A stretch of DNA of 40,123 nt from an uncultured Candidatus Poseidoniales archaeon (lineage in GTDB: Archaea; Thermoplasmatota; Poseidoniia; Poseidoniales; Thalassarchaeaceae), in the NCBI GenBank assembly GCA_964645485.1, contig CAZXZO010000003.1:62357-102479 (forward strand). Reading direction: 5' to 3'. Under the pieces are notes generated by a model. It did not search any database. It saw only the letters and a list, made by a program, of their open reading frames with translations, and was not told where the DNA came from. Positions 9,501 through 16,675 of this stretch are shown in pieces. Numbering within the stretch: position 1 is the stretch's first letter; every line of letters starts with the position of its first letter. Position numbers and translations under genes: made by a program.

Positions 9501-12087
9501 TAGGGATTGACGGCAACGACAATTCTAATTCTTCAAGGAAGCGGTGTAGTGGCTCGTTTGCAGGTGCTACAATTCGTGAATGGAATGCGTGACTTGTCTG
9601 TAGAGTAACGCATGGAATATTCAATTCAGCAAATCGAGAAATTGCATTTTGCATTGGTTCTGTTTCTCCAGCGATGACGGCCATCATCGGGGAATTTTTA
9701 TTCGCGGCAATAATGTAACCATCAACTGAATCTATGACTTCCTGTATTTTCTCTAGTGGTGCAGAGACGCTTGCCATCAATCCCTTGTCCTTGACTTCCA
9801 CACTACCCATTTCAGTTCCCCGGGCAGCCGCAGCACGAAGTGCGTCGTGGAATTTCATGATTCCAGATACCATCAATGCGGCGTATTCACCCAAACTATG
9901 GCCAGCAACCATGTCTGGATTGATTCCGTGTTCACTTAGCAATCTGTAAATTGCTAAATCTGCTGTCAACATTGCTGGTTGAGTAAATTCAGTTTGCTTC
10001 AACTTGTTCTCAGCATCTTTTGCCTGCTGTTCTGATAGGTTATCGCGCAGAACGAACTCAGAAAGTTTCTCGCCTGCAAGAATTTCGGACATCGTGGAAT
10101 CCGCTTCATCCCATGTTTCCCCAATCACTTCAAACCTCTTTGAGAGATCTAAAGTCATGCCAACATATTGACTACCTTGACCCGGATACATTTGTACTAA
10201 TTTTGCAGTTGAGGGTAATGGACCCTGTTCAGTGATGAATACCATCTGTTTTGCTAAGAAGTCCCATTTTGTTGAATCTGAGAGATTATCACTCAGTAAC
10301 TCCATTCTCTTGGCTAATTGCCCCCAACTAGTGGCTACAATTCCGCAACGGGCTCCTTTGGCTTCAAAATCAGAGGATAAATCAGCGAGCACTGCTGAGA
10401 GTCTACGCCCTGCTGGGTCGGTGTCAAAATTTGATACAGATGATGAGAAGAGAATCGATTTAACTCGCTCAATTTCTGATGCTAATGAATCAATATCATC
10501 AGCATTTAGAAGCAAGATCCCTCCTTCAATATCCAGCAATTCCTGATGACTCATTGAAGGAGTTGCGGTTGGATCAAGAACACTTGGTGCGACAGGAATT
10601 TGTGCGCTAGAAGAGGACTGCTCCGCAAAACTATTGATGAGATTTTTGTGATGTTCGGGGTCGTATTGCTCAATGGTACAATGGAAATTTGTCCCACCAA
10701 AACCAAACGACGAAACACCCGCACGCCTAGGCCCTCTAGATTGTGGAATCGGCCAATCAGAGGAAATAGTTGGGACGAAAAATGGGATATCATTCCAGTT
10801 AACTGAAGTGTTTGGTTGTTCAAACCCGGCTGATGGAGGTAAAGTTCTGTGATGAAGTGCTAAACTTGCCTTCAACAACCCCGCCATTCCGGCAGCAGCC
10901 TTCAGATGCCCAATCTGGCTCTTCACCGAACCTACGGCAACAAAATCCCCAGCACCGCGTTCTGCAAAAACTCCAGCGAGGGTGGATAACTCAGTTGCGT
11001 CTCCAACCTTTGTGCTAGTTCCGTGAGCCTCAATCAATTCCACCGAGGACGGTGAATATCCTGCCTGTTGGTATGCGCGAACCACTGCTTGCTTTTGCCC
11101 CCGAGTTGATGGCGCAGTGATACCTTTTCCTCGACCGTCACTAGATGAGCCGATTCCTCGGATTACACTGTATATTGTATCGCCATCGGCCATTGCATCC
11201 TCCAATCGCTTGAGAACGACACAACCTGCTCCCTCCCCCATCACGAAGCCGTTAGCACGGACATCGAATGGACGAGAATGAAGTGGAGATAGGGCTCCAA
11301 TAGCACTGAATTTTGCATATGTCCCTGGGTCCATAGTACGGTCACTTGCCCCACATAGCATCAAATCAGTTTGACCTGTTTGCAACATCTGGCATGCCGA
11401 TACTAATGCTGCAAATGTCGATGCACAAGCGGCATCAGCACTGAAATTCGGGCCTTGTAAGTCGAGTAGATTTGCTACTCGCCCTGCAACAACATTTGCT
11501 AGTTCTCCAGCCATTGTATCTTCATCAATTCGAGGTGTTCCTTCAGTGATTGCATCTTTGAATTCATCACTATTGGTTGCTGGCATTCCAGCTTCAACTG
11601 CCTTCCGTGTAATTTGGTCTGCGTAAACTCGTTTACTAGACTGGACTCGGTTTTCCCCACCCAATGCATTAGCGAAAATTACCCCACAGCGAGCCTTGGG
11701 GAGTTCTAAACGGCTATTTTCGCCGATGTAACCTGCGTCCTCCAATGCTGCTGCTGAAACTTCAACAGCCCACAATTGGGTGTCATCAATTTGGGAGAGT
11801 GTTCCCGGCGGTTGTTTCCAGCGCCTCCAATTAAATTCAAAACCTTCTACAAAAGCCCCGATCTTTGAGTAGGTTTTTCCTTCTGTTGCATTACCTGGCT
11901 CACCTTCAATCCAAAAATCAGCCGGGTCCCATCTATCAGGTGGCACTTCACGAATTGCTACTTTCGCATTCAACACATTATTCCAAAACGCGTCAATATT
12001 CGGTGCATCAGGTAAAAGAGCAGCCTGACCAACAATCGCAATCGGCGCGAAAGGTTGTTGGGGAACTTCGGCCAGCTGTTCAGTCAT
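3523..12087 (-). CDS. Type I iterative fatty-acid/polyketide synthase, 2854 aa: KS-AT-(degenerate ACP)-KS-ACP-ACP-KR-DH
   Basis: KS1 DAACAST/EAHGTST/GHLKAAAG; AT GHSLGEY with HAFH; KS2 NNACAST/SHEPFT/KGFTGHPMG; two ACPs ELGIDTVKQAEI; KR SGGGSGVT and DYAAAN; DH DHAIDDVPYHP. Confidence 0.92.
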   Translation of the reverse strand: MTEQLAEVPQQPFAPIAIVGQAALLPDAPNIDAFWNNVLNAKVAIREVPPDRWDPADFWIEGEPGNATEGKTYSKIGAFVEGFEFNWRRWKQPPGTLSQIDDTQLWAVEVSAAALEDAGYIGENSRLELPKARCGVIFANALGGENRVQSSKRVYADQITRKAVEAGMPATNSDEFKDAITEGTPRIDEDTMAGELANVVAGRVANLLDLQGPNFSADAACASTFAALVSACQMLQTGQTDLMLCGASDRTMDPGTYAKFSAIGALSPLHSRPFDVRANGFVMGEGAGCVVLKRLEDAMADGDTIYSVIRGIGSSSDGRGKGITAPSTRGQKQAVVRAYQQAGYSPSSVELIEAHGTSTKVGDATELSTLAGVFAERGAGDFVAVGSVKSQIGHLKAAAGMAGLLKASLALHHRTLPPSAGFEQPNTSVNWNDIPFFVPTISSDWPIPQSRGPRRAGVSSFGFGGTNFHCTIEQYDPEHHKNLINSFAEQSSSSAQIPVAPSVLDPTATPSMSHQELLDIEGGILLLNADDIDSLASEIERVKSILFSSSVSNFDTDPAGRRLSAVLADLSSDFEAKGARCGIVATSWGQLAKRMELLSDNLSDSTKWDFLAKQMVFITEQGPLPSTAKLVQMYPGQGSQYVGMTLDLSKRFEVIGETWDEADSTMSEILAGEKLSEFVLRDNLSEQQAKDAENKLKQTEFTQPAMLTADLAIYRLLSEHGINPDMVAGHSLGEYAALMVSGIMKFHDALRAAAARGTEMGSVEVKDKGLMASVSAPLEKIQEVIDSVDGYIIAANKNSPMMAVIAGETEPMQNAISRFAELNIPCVTLQTSHAFHSRIVAPANEPLHRFLEELELSLPSIPITANYDGKFYPENLKDGESVHDAILNQLAPQMSSAVEWTQQIEEMYRQGGRLFIEVGPKRALALFAEQILEKRSKVITNTNHPKVGGVASFLSSLTVCALSGRLPSMHQGDSNRLTEGFRAGPLEVWQQNGVGSSGSINSEEMEELRVRSRPLPSTSSDSNQVEASHNNQSQSIAIGDSHQVVQQVVDKEGYLASRISEITGYPSRLIKGELHLSALGISDEALPEFLASIASEASVSGPADPSQLTTLVSLNEWVVSPPSGYTVSQKVKGASTVVVSSDPHAERRINPYVVTGVSLGLPGMDEIFEPDALERIIAGENFITELPDDVKQRLLDKNMVRIVKHTDGRAEFVPCDSFATIPQLAGVGGYFDLAKQYGIDPKIVAAMDVSTSLSFAAGLEALKDAALPLLPVEQVSSAGKRLVRGWNLPNSIRERTGVVFASVFPGIAMAMRHALNNGADENGTFDRKFLLQILTMGHAQFAQWIGARGPNLAINNACASTPAAFAIAEDWLDSGRCDRVIVISGDDSTGEDLMEWIGAGFAAAGAHSMGNVVEEVALPFDGRRNGMLLGMGGAAFVLEKSSHADDRGVIPYAELLGGHIGNSAFHPTRLDVEHVASTFDEFVTDMENRWGIDRHEIAPKTTFMSHEPFTPPRGGSAAAEIESLRGAFKESADSLIITNTKGFTGHPMGVGIEDATGLYGLASGRLPPIANFKQPDPSLGNLRLSEGGEYDVEYMLRHAAGFGSQIALTMFKRIARTLNRVDRESVVNWAIQQAGDDVELRLLERKLVAYIAPDESLIGGVEGSEWRVSKQDAKPASIDAKSTTSESNEPEPIVIKEEKIESPTEESSIPVQETETVPEPTVGVHPDGLEQQVVETVAKHTGYPTDFIELDQDLEGELGIDTVKQAEIMADLRETFSLPVDDSFQLREHPTLNHMISYIVAMGGYGDEQQNTQEEQVSKSTTLPEEPVVNHSPSIENNDSDVESGVLSIVVKHTGYPEDFLELDQDLEGELGIDTVKQAEIMAECRENFSLPVDDSFQLRDYPTLAHMISYIVSMRGDESVSEQTPDSDPEQSEIPDEPEEPEEPEEIPDEPEVEVMEPQPQSTPVEPEVEIIEPEPQLTPVESTVTRLVVEVEEADESEAHPIDMAGSYIIVTDDSWGLGNAICEQLESSGSEAVRLMLDPSITSNIKIEKDGEIDIIRLDPGNQDHLTQFGDIINDLDVAGVIHTAPSTLAGIAWAEVTSQQQTQMVCHGLFGVLQQIDAKLANRSDGIVCSISALDGRHGNGGHRFNPLGAGAHGIVKSYGRERPNIRARAIDVAPELLVDADKLATTILAEIEHMGPREIGIDGDGRRWQVCIYDEAHESEPKSLQSDDVFIVSGGGSGVTAACIVGLAQANRDVGCHFALLGRTKLDDSLSNLATATDETLQKMKLELREQMQTDSKSVKVTIVDWENAWSEIVRSIDIHKTMLDIESSGNSVTYHSCDVTVSSQVRKVLKKLKKKCSQITGIIHGAGIEDSKMVADKDWNTFSKVLSVKIDGWQSLFNAAKDHSTELRYCCAFTSIAGRFGNGGQTDYAAANCILDAEMSRLAHTDSEPHGVALAWTGWQDVGMATRGSIASVFEQAGIETVSVEQGVSLFVEEVMRGGKRRVVLAGSLGVLNDDGSDREPPQRLPLDVSELLADANRFPFVDKVVSHEPFDSLSYECTIDVNNYPFLQDHAIDDVPYHPGVMALEMFSQGAQLLWPPCSVIGFAGVRFGLPIKLIKEEQKLRLVAEYSHQNAENVWVKCRLESDLINKSGEVFGEPRIHHRGLVRMLKKEADRGLLKLPSIGTPSRGGVSLGSDFVYQRFFHGPRFQSHGGILGGCSIGEMYGVDGIALSRHQLPNTDQFSVGDVTLEAQPMLIEACFQNAGMVAMEIDGLQSLPVGIEMLELIRVPEKTDSLRMRSLRKGSEDDGVSIHDCLIVNQDGKPIVAMKGLRLKGMAPISEDDSFTLNRN
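6139..6290. repeat. In-frame tandem repeats encoding the acidic Pro/Glu linker between ACP2 and KR
   Basis: Two 48-bp units (6139-6186, 6187-6234; 4 mismatches) encode PEVEVMEPQPQSTPVE/PEVEIIEPEPQLTPVE, next to short 9-bp-type repeats encoding EPE. Confidence 0.85.
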
Positions 12088-12096
12088 ATTATCGCC

Positions 12097-12888
12097 TCAA
12101 TCTGAGATACTGTCAGGTACCATAATGCTAGAATATCCTGCGTCAACATGAATAATTTGTCCTGTGACACCTGAAGATAATGGCGAGGACAACCAAGTTG
12201 CACATCCAGCAACATCCTCCTGTGTGACATTTCTACGTAGTGGCGAGTTTCTCTCCACATGGTCAAGAATGTCGTCAAATCCAGGAATACCTCCTGCCGC
12301 TAAGGTCTTGATTGGGCCCGATGAAATTGCATTAACCCGGTGACCATCCGGACCAACATGATTTGCAAGTTCGCGAGTCCAAGCTTCCAATGCTGCTTTT
12401 GCTATACTCATCACCCCATAGTTTGGAACCCATCTCGTTGAGGCCGCATAGGTTAGTGTAATTGTTGAAGAGTTAGGGGCAAGATGTGGCAAAGCATAGC
12501 GCATCACTCTTTGTAATGAATGAGCACTGATTGTCATGGCTGTGTTCATAGGTTCATTTTCTACGAATAACACTGGTCGATCAAAACATGGACGTGGCGC
12601 AAATCCAATAGCATGAATGACAATATCTGCTTTTGCACCAGGGTTTGCATTTTGCCACTCTGTGAAAAATTCGGCTGTTAATTCATTTGTTTCAACATCA
12701 ATTGGGTAAAATGCTTCAATATTGTCTAACTTCTCTTTCAATTGAAATACTCGGCTCATAAATCGCTTCTGAAAACCAAGAATTAACTTACACCCAGCTG
12801 CTGATAATTGCTCGCAAATCGCCCATGCAATACTTTCTTCGCTAGCCACACCGAATACTAGTGCAGTTTTTCCCTTTAGTTCCAACAT
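12097..12888 (-). CDS. fabI: Enoyl-ACP reductase (FabI, NAD(P)H-dependent SDR)
   Basis: LKGKTALVFGVASEESIAWAI, NYGVMSIAKAALE (Y-x6-K), ISSGPIKTLAA. Start set at ATG 12888 (CAGGTG upstream) rather than the ORF-track 12972. Stop is 9 nt from the synthase start. Confidence 0.9.
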   Translation of the reverse strand: MLELKGKTALVFGVASEESIAWAICEQLSAAGCKLILGFQKRFMSRVFQLKEKLDNIEAFYPIDVETNELTAEFFTEWQNANPGAKADIVIHAIGFAPRPCFDRPVLFVENEPMNTAMTISAHSLQRVMRYALPHLAPNSSTITLTYAASTRWVPNYGVMSIAKAALEAWTRELANHVGPDGHRVNAISSGPIKTLAAGGIPGFDDILDHVERNSPLRRNVTQEDVAGCATWLSSPLSSGVTGQIIHVDAGYSSIMVPDSISD

Positions 12889-13041
12889 AAAAGCACCTGT
12901 TCCTACCAACATCGGTTCGCCGGCGAAGACGCCTTCAAGACCTTTGCCTACCCTGTGAGCCAAGAGCGTCATTCACGAAGGGATGTAATTATCCCAACAA
13001 TGTGCACCATACAACCTCATTTGAGTACAAATATCAAAATT

Positions 13042-13056
13042 CCGACCGTAGGTCGG
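13042..13056. promoter_or_regulatory. Perfect inverted repeat upstream of the fabI-synthase unit (candidate operator or terminator)
   Basis: CCGACC-GTA-GGTCGG, a GC-rich palindrome in the AT-rich tatD-fabI intergenic region. Confidence 0.35.
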
Positions 13057-13137
13057 GTAGAACTCTTGTTGAAATTGTGAAAAATGAAAGATTTTACAAA
13101 ACGTGTTCAAATTTAATCAAATAATGATGATGTGGTT

Positions 13138-14019
13138 TCACTCATATTCTCCATACAAAGCCTCGGGTAGATCGATATGAATGGCGCTCAATACCGCTTC
13201 TGCATCTAATCCTCTGCCAATTAGAGAAGTAGCAAGAGTTTGAGTTCTACGAGGTACGGTCTTTGGACCTAGCACTGCACCAGGTCTTCGTGGATCATCC
13301 ATGTAATCAGTTTCCATGAGGAAACCACCTTCATTTTGCCAGATAGTATCGGAAATATCCTTTATTGAATCACGACCAACTACTACTGAGGATGTCAAAC
13401 CATGTGTGAATTTTTTACTGATATTTGCTTCTGCGTGATGATGGATTGCACCAAATCTAGGGAATCCTACGTGGTCACAAATCTTAGCAATTTCACGATT
13501 GGTTTTTTCACCATTCGCGTCAAGGTGAAGTTGGACCGGGACATTTGCCTTTTTACACATTGAAAGCATTTCAATCAAAATCTCATCAGCCTGATTCAAC
13601 ACATCATCGCCAACATCCCAGTGAGGGCGTCCTATTTCACCAACTCCAACTGCTAAATTTTCTTCGCAAAATTCGATTGCTAATTCAACCGCTTGAAGGT
13701 GTAAATCATTTGATTCATCAACACCTAAGTCCGCACACTGATGAACCCAGGCAGCAGGGTGTGGGCCGAGTACAACTCGAACCCTCAAATCACATTCCAA
13801 ACGGACTTGTTTCGCCATCGCTACGGTGTCTTCGTATGCCTCTCTAATTTCTCCTACAGTATTTGGGAGATTGTCAAAATCTGGCTTGTGAACCAATACT
13901 AAATCAGTTCCACCAGCACGCTGGAAATCGGCCGCTGCATCAAGATAACGACCGACTCTATCCAAGTGGAAATGGTTGTCTAGAATTGGGCCATCCCAGT
14001 GCCCATCAACAAGAGTCAT
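13138..14019 (-). CDS. TatD-family metal-dependent hydrolase/nuclease
   Basis: DNHFHLD (HxH), VGVGEIG, VQLH and METDY motifs of the TatD amidohydrolase fold. Confidence 0.85.
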   Translation of the reverse strand: MTLVDGHWDGPILDNHFHLDRVGRYLDAAADFQRAGGTDLVLVHKPDFDNLPNTVGEIREAYEDTVAMAKQVRLECDLRVRVVLGPHPAAWVHQCADLGVDESNDLHLQAVELAIEFCEENLAVGVGEIGRPHWDVGDDVLNQADEILIEMLSMCKKANVPVQLHLDANGEKTNREIAKICDHVGFPRFGAIHHHAEANISKKFTHGLTSSVVVGRDSIKDISDTIWQNEGGFLMETDYMDDPRRPGAVLGPKTVPRRTQTLATSLIGRGLDAEAVLSAIHIDLPEALYGEYE

Positions 14020-14028
14020 TGTGGTGCC

Positions 14029-14652
14029 TCACGAATCTTCTTCATCGACTTCAAGTGCAGGCTCTTGTGGCTCGGGTTCAACTTTTTCCTCAGATTCATC
14101 GGATTTCACTAATACTTCCACGAATAGATTTTCGGCATCAAATTTAGTTCCCCAATGTGTGGCTGCCATCTCGACCAAATTTTTGTGCCTTGCTCCAAGA
14201 GCAATTCCAAGTCCATTTGAAAAGAATAGTAAATCCATATCGTGTAGTTCGTCACTAATACGAATGCACTCAAGCCGCTCATCTGATTCAAAAGCAGGAT
14301 AATATTCTGAAACTTGGTCTGTTCTAAGTGGTTGGCCAAAATCAAACGAAACCACCAGAGGGCCTTTCTCGGTACTAATGCCTTCATCGGGCCTACCTAA
14401 TCTGAGTAACATCTCACGAGCTGCGGCCCATGCGATTTCTGAATGATTGGTCCCGTGTACCACCAATCTTCCCTCTTCATCAACTAATAGTGTGGCTCGT
14501 GGATTCTTAAGAGCCAGTATCACATACTTACCACTCTTTTTGCCACCAAGGGAATTGATGACCTCTTCTGCTTCAAATGGTTGAGGTGCTGTGAACCTAA
14601 CCAACTGGTTCTCTACCCTAACTTTGACTGCACTTCGACGACCCATCTTCAC
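14029..14652 (-). CDS. Divergent TATA-box-binding-protein (TBP)-fold protein
   Basis: Two pseudo-repeats resembling TBP halves: ATLLVDEEGRLVVHGT...AWAAAREML and MDLLFFSNGLGIALGARH...VEMAATHW. The canonical YEPEQFPGL segments are absent. Acidic C-terminal tail. Confidence 0.6.
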   Translation of the reverse strand: MKMGRRSAVKVRVENQLVRFTAPQPFEAEEVINSLGGKKSGKYVILALKNPRATLLVDEEGRLVVHGTNHSEIAWAAAREMLLRLGRPDEGISTEKGPLVVSFDFGQPLRTDQVSEYYPAFESDERLECIRISDELHDMDLLFFSNGLGIALGARHKNLVEMAATHWGTKFDAENLFVEVLVKSDESEEKVEPEPQEPALEVDEEDS

Positions 14653-15431
14653 TCCTCCAACCCGTCTGCTTCAACATCTTCCACTTCTACGTTAGTCTTG
14701 AGCGTTGCGAGTATGTCTGCCATCCAATCTTGGTAAATTGGCACGATTAAAACTGGTTCTTCTTTGAGCGATGAAAGATTTGCTAGTGCTCCCCGTATTC
14801 GACCAGCAAATCTAAGATTTCTGCTCGCCTGCAAATCAGCAGTTGAGAATGATTCTGAAACTCTCCACCAAGTTGCCGCTAATCCTGCTGCTATTGCAAG
14901 TGACTCCGCCCCCTCTGATATCGGAGGTTCGCTAACTTCCCGTTGAGTTCGCTTCCAAGTTTTAGCAAAACGGCGGCGAGCAAATAATTGCAAAAACATA
15001 CGTGATAATTTCGCAGCCTCGTCAGCAGAATCTTCCAAGTAACTGAGCCAGTCCTCGTCTTCAACTCCCGGCTCTATGAAATAAGTAGGAATATTGTCTC
15101 TATCTGCTAACTTGAGTAAACGGCGAGGCTCAGGATCAGGGAATTTCGCGCCCTTGACATCTTCTAACAACTGCATGCGGATTAGCATTCTCGCCAAATC
15201 ACCTCCTCCATGTATTGCTAACATTGTTGAGGAGCCTTTTCCTGACTTCTCCATCTTTTCTTCATCTTCCCAAGATTCTCGCTCTTCTGGATGAAGCAAA
15301 AATGCAAGCCCATCCCAATCATCTCGGGGACGTAGTTTGCGCGGTAATACAACAGTGGGGATGTAAGGGAAAAATCTGATTACCCCACCTTTTGGGTCTT
15401 TCCAATCCATCGGTTTCCAAGGCCAAGACAA
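14649..15431 (-). CDS. Hypothetical protein (260 aa)
   Basis: Long ORF whose stop overlaps the start of the TBP-like gene by 4 nt. No motif recognised. Confidence 0.75.
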   Translation of the reverse strand: MSWPWKPMDWKDPKGGVIRFFPYIPTVVLPRKLRPRDDWDGLAFLLHPEERESWEDEEKMEKSGKGSSTMLAIHGGGDLARMLIRMQLLEDVKGAKFPDPEPRRLLKLADRDNIPTYFIEPGVEDEDWLSYLEDSADEAAKLSRMFLQLFARRRFAKTWKRTQREVSEPPISEGAESLAIAAGLAATWWRVSESFSTADLQASRNLRFAGRIRGALANLSSLKEEPVLIVPIYQDWMADILATLKTNVEVEDVEADGLEE

Positions 15432-15440
15432 GAGAACACC

Positions 15441-16646
15441 TCAACCTAAAATTGATGAATCCTTAGCTAAATCGTTGGTGATATTCTTCTGGTGACTCTC
15501 CAAAGTCCCACCACCGATTTCAAGCAGTTTTGCGTCACGCCATAATCTCTCAACTACATATTCTCCAACATAACCGTAACCACCCATGACTTGCATAGCA
15601 CGATCTGCAATATCCTTCGCTAGGGTTGTTGAGACCAATTTGATACCGTCAGAATCCAGACGATTACCGCTTTGTTCAACATCCATTTGTCTAGCCACAT
15701 TGTAGAGGTATGCCTCCATTCCACGCCATTCAGCAAATGATTGCCCGATGTAACGTTGTATCTGACCAAAATCTCTAATCGGCCGCCCAAATGCTTCTCT
15801 CTCGGTGGCATAACGATTCATTTCTTTGACACAGCGGCGAGCAATACCTAGACTCATCCCCGCTAAAGTAAGCCGTTCTAATTCTAGATTTCTCATCATG
15901 TGAATCATTGATTCACCACATTCCCCAACGAGACTATCAGGGCCAACCACACAGTCATCATAGACTAATTCAGCTGTGTTGGAACCACGCATTCCAGTTT
16001 TATCAACAATCTTTTGCCCAACTGAAAACCCAGGGGAATCTGCGAACACCATGAAAGTTGAAATCTCAGCTCTACCGTTTTCTTTTACTCCTGTTTTAGC
16101 ATAAGTCCAAACAACATCACATGGTGTACCTTCTTCATCAATACAGCCGTTAGTAATCCACATTTTACGGCCGTTGATTACCCAATTTCCGTCATCTCTT
16201 TGCTGAGCAGTAGTGCCCATTGACATCACATCTGTACCAACATCTGGTTCAGACATTGCCATGGCTCCTATCCACTCACCACTGCAAACTTTGGGAAGTA
16301 TCTCTTGCTTTTGAGTAGAATTACCATTTCGTGATAGGTTGTTGACAAACAACATACTATGAGCAAGATACGCCAAAGCAAATCCAGGGTCACTATAGGA
16401 TAATTCCTCGTGAACAATTGTAGCGGCTAAGGCGTCCATTCCAGCCCCACCATACTCTTCTGGAGCGGTAATTCCCAATAGCCCTAGTTCACCCATATCA
16501 CGTAATAATTGGAGATTGAACACCTCATTTCGGTCAAACTCAAGTGCTTGTGGCTCAACTTCTGAACTGACCCAGTCACGAACCATTTCTCTTAACATTG
16601 CATGTTCTTCGGTCGGATTGGCGATGTCAAGCGTCTTGTAATCCAC
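15441..16646 (-). CDS. ivd: Acyl-CoA dehydrogenase, isovaleryl-CoA dehydrogenase-like
   Basis: AMSEPDVGTD, GRKMWITNG, LELERL and LWRDAKLLEIGGGT. There is no Glu at the MCAD IYEG position, as in IVD-type enzymes. Start set at GTG 16646 (GAGGGTGA upstream), which avoids overlap with the upstream gene. Confidence 0.75.
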   Translation of the reverse strand: MDYKTLDIANPTEEHAMLREMVRDWVSSEVEPQALEFDRNEVFNLQLLRDMGELGLLGITAPEEYGGAGMDALAATIVHEELSYSDPGFALAYLAHSMLFVNNLSRNGNSTQKQEILPKVCSGEWIGAMAMSEPDVGTDVMSMGTTAQQRDDGNWVINGRKMWITNGCIDEEGTPCDVVWTYAKTGVKENGRAEISTFMVFADSPGFSVGQKIVDKTGMRGSNTAELVYDDCVVGPDSLVGECGESMIHMMRNLELERLTLAGMSLGIARRCVKEMNRYATEREAFGRPIRDFGQIQRYIGQSFAEWRGMEAYLYNVARQMDVEQSGNRLDSDGIKLVSTTLAKDIADRAMQVMGGYGYVGEYVVERLWRDAKLLEIGGGTLESHQKNITNDLAKDSSILG

Positions 16647-16675
16647 GCTCTCACCCTCATCTAATTTACGTGATC

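Noticed and set aside
3523-12087. Calling the synthase a PUFA synthase (pfaA) or an enediyne PksE
   Set aside because: There are no pfaB/C/D genes, the ER is FabI rather than PfaD, there are only two ACPs, an extra intact internal KS is present, and the PPTase is separate rather than fused as in PksE. The architecture fits neither family.
3840-12278. Numerous 60-154-aa ORFs antisense to or overlapping the synthase and other long genes
   Set aside because: They are shadow ORFs of long coding sequences with no recognisable domains.
99-12888. Synthase operon as a tRNA-integrated genomic island
   Set aside because: It lies on the 5' side of the minus-strand tRNA, with no integrase, no flanking direct repeat and no compositional break obvious by eye.
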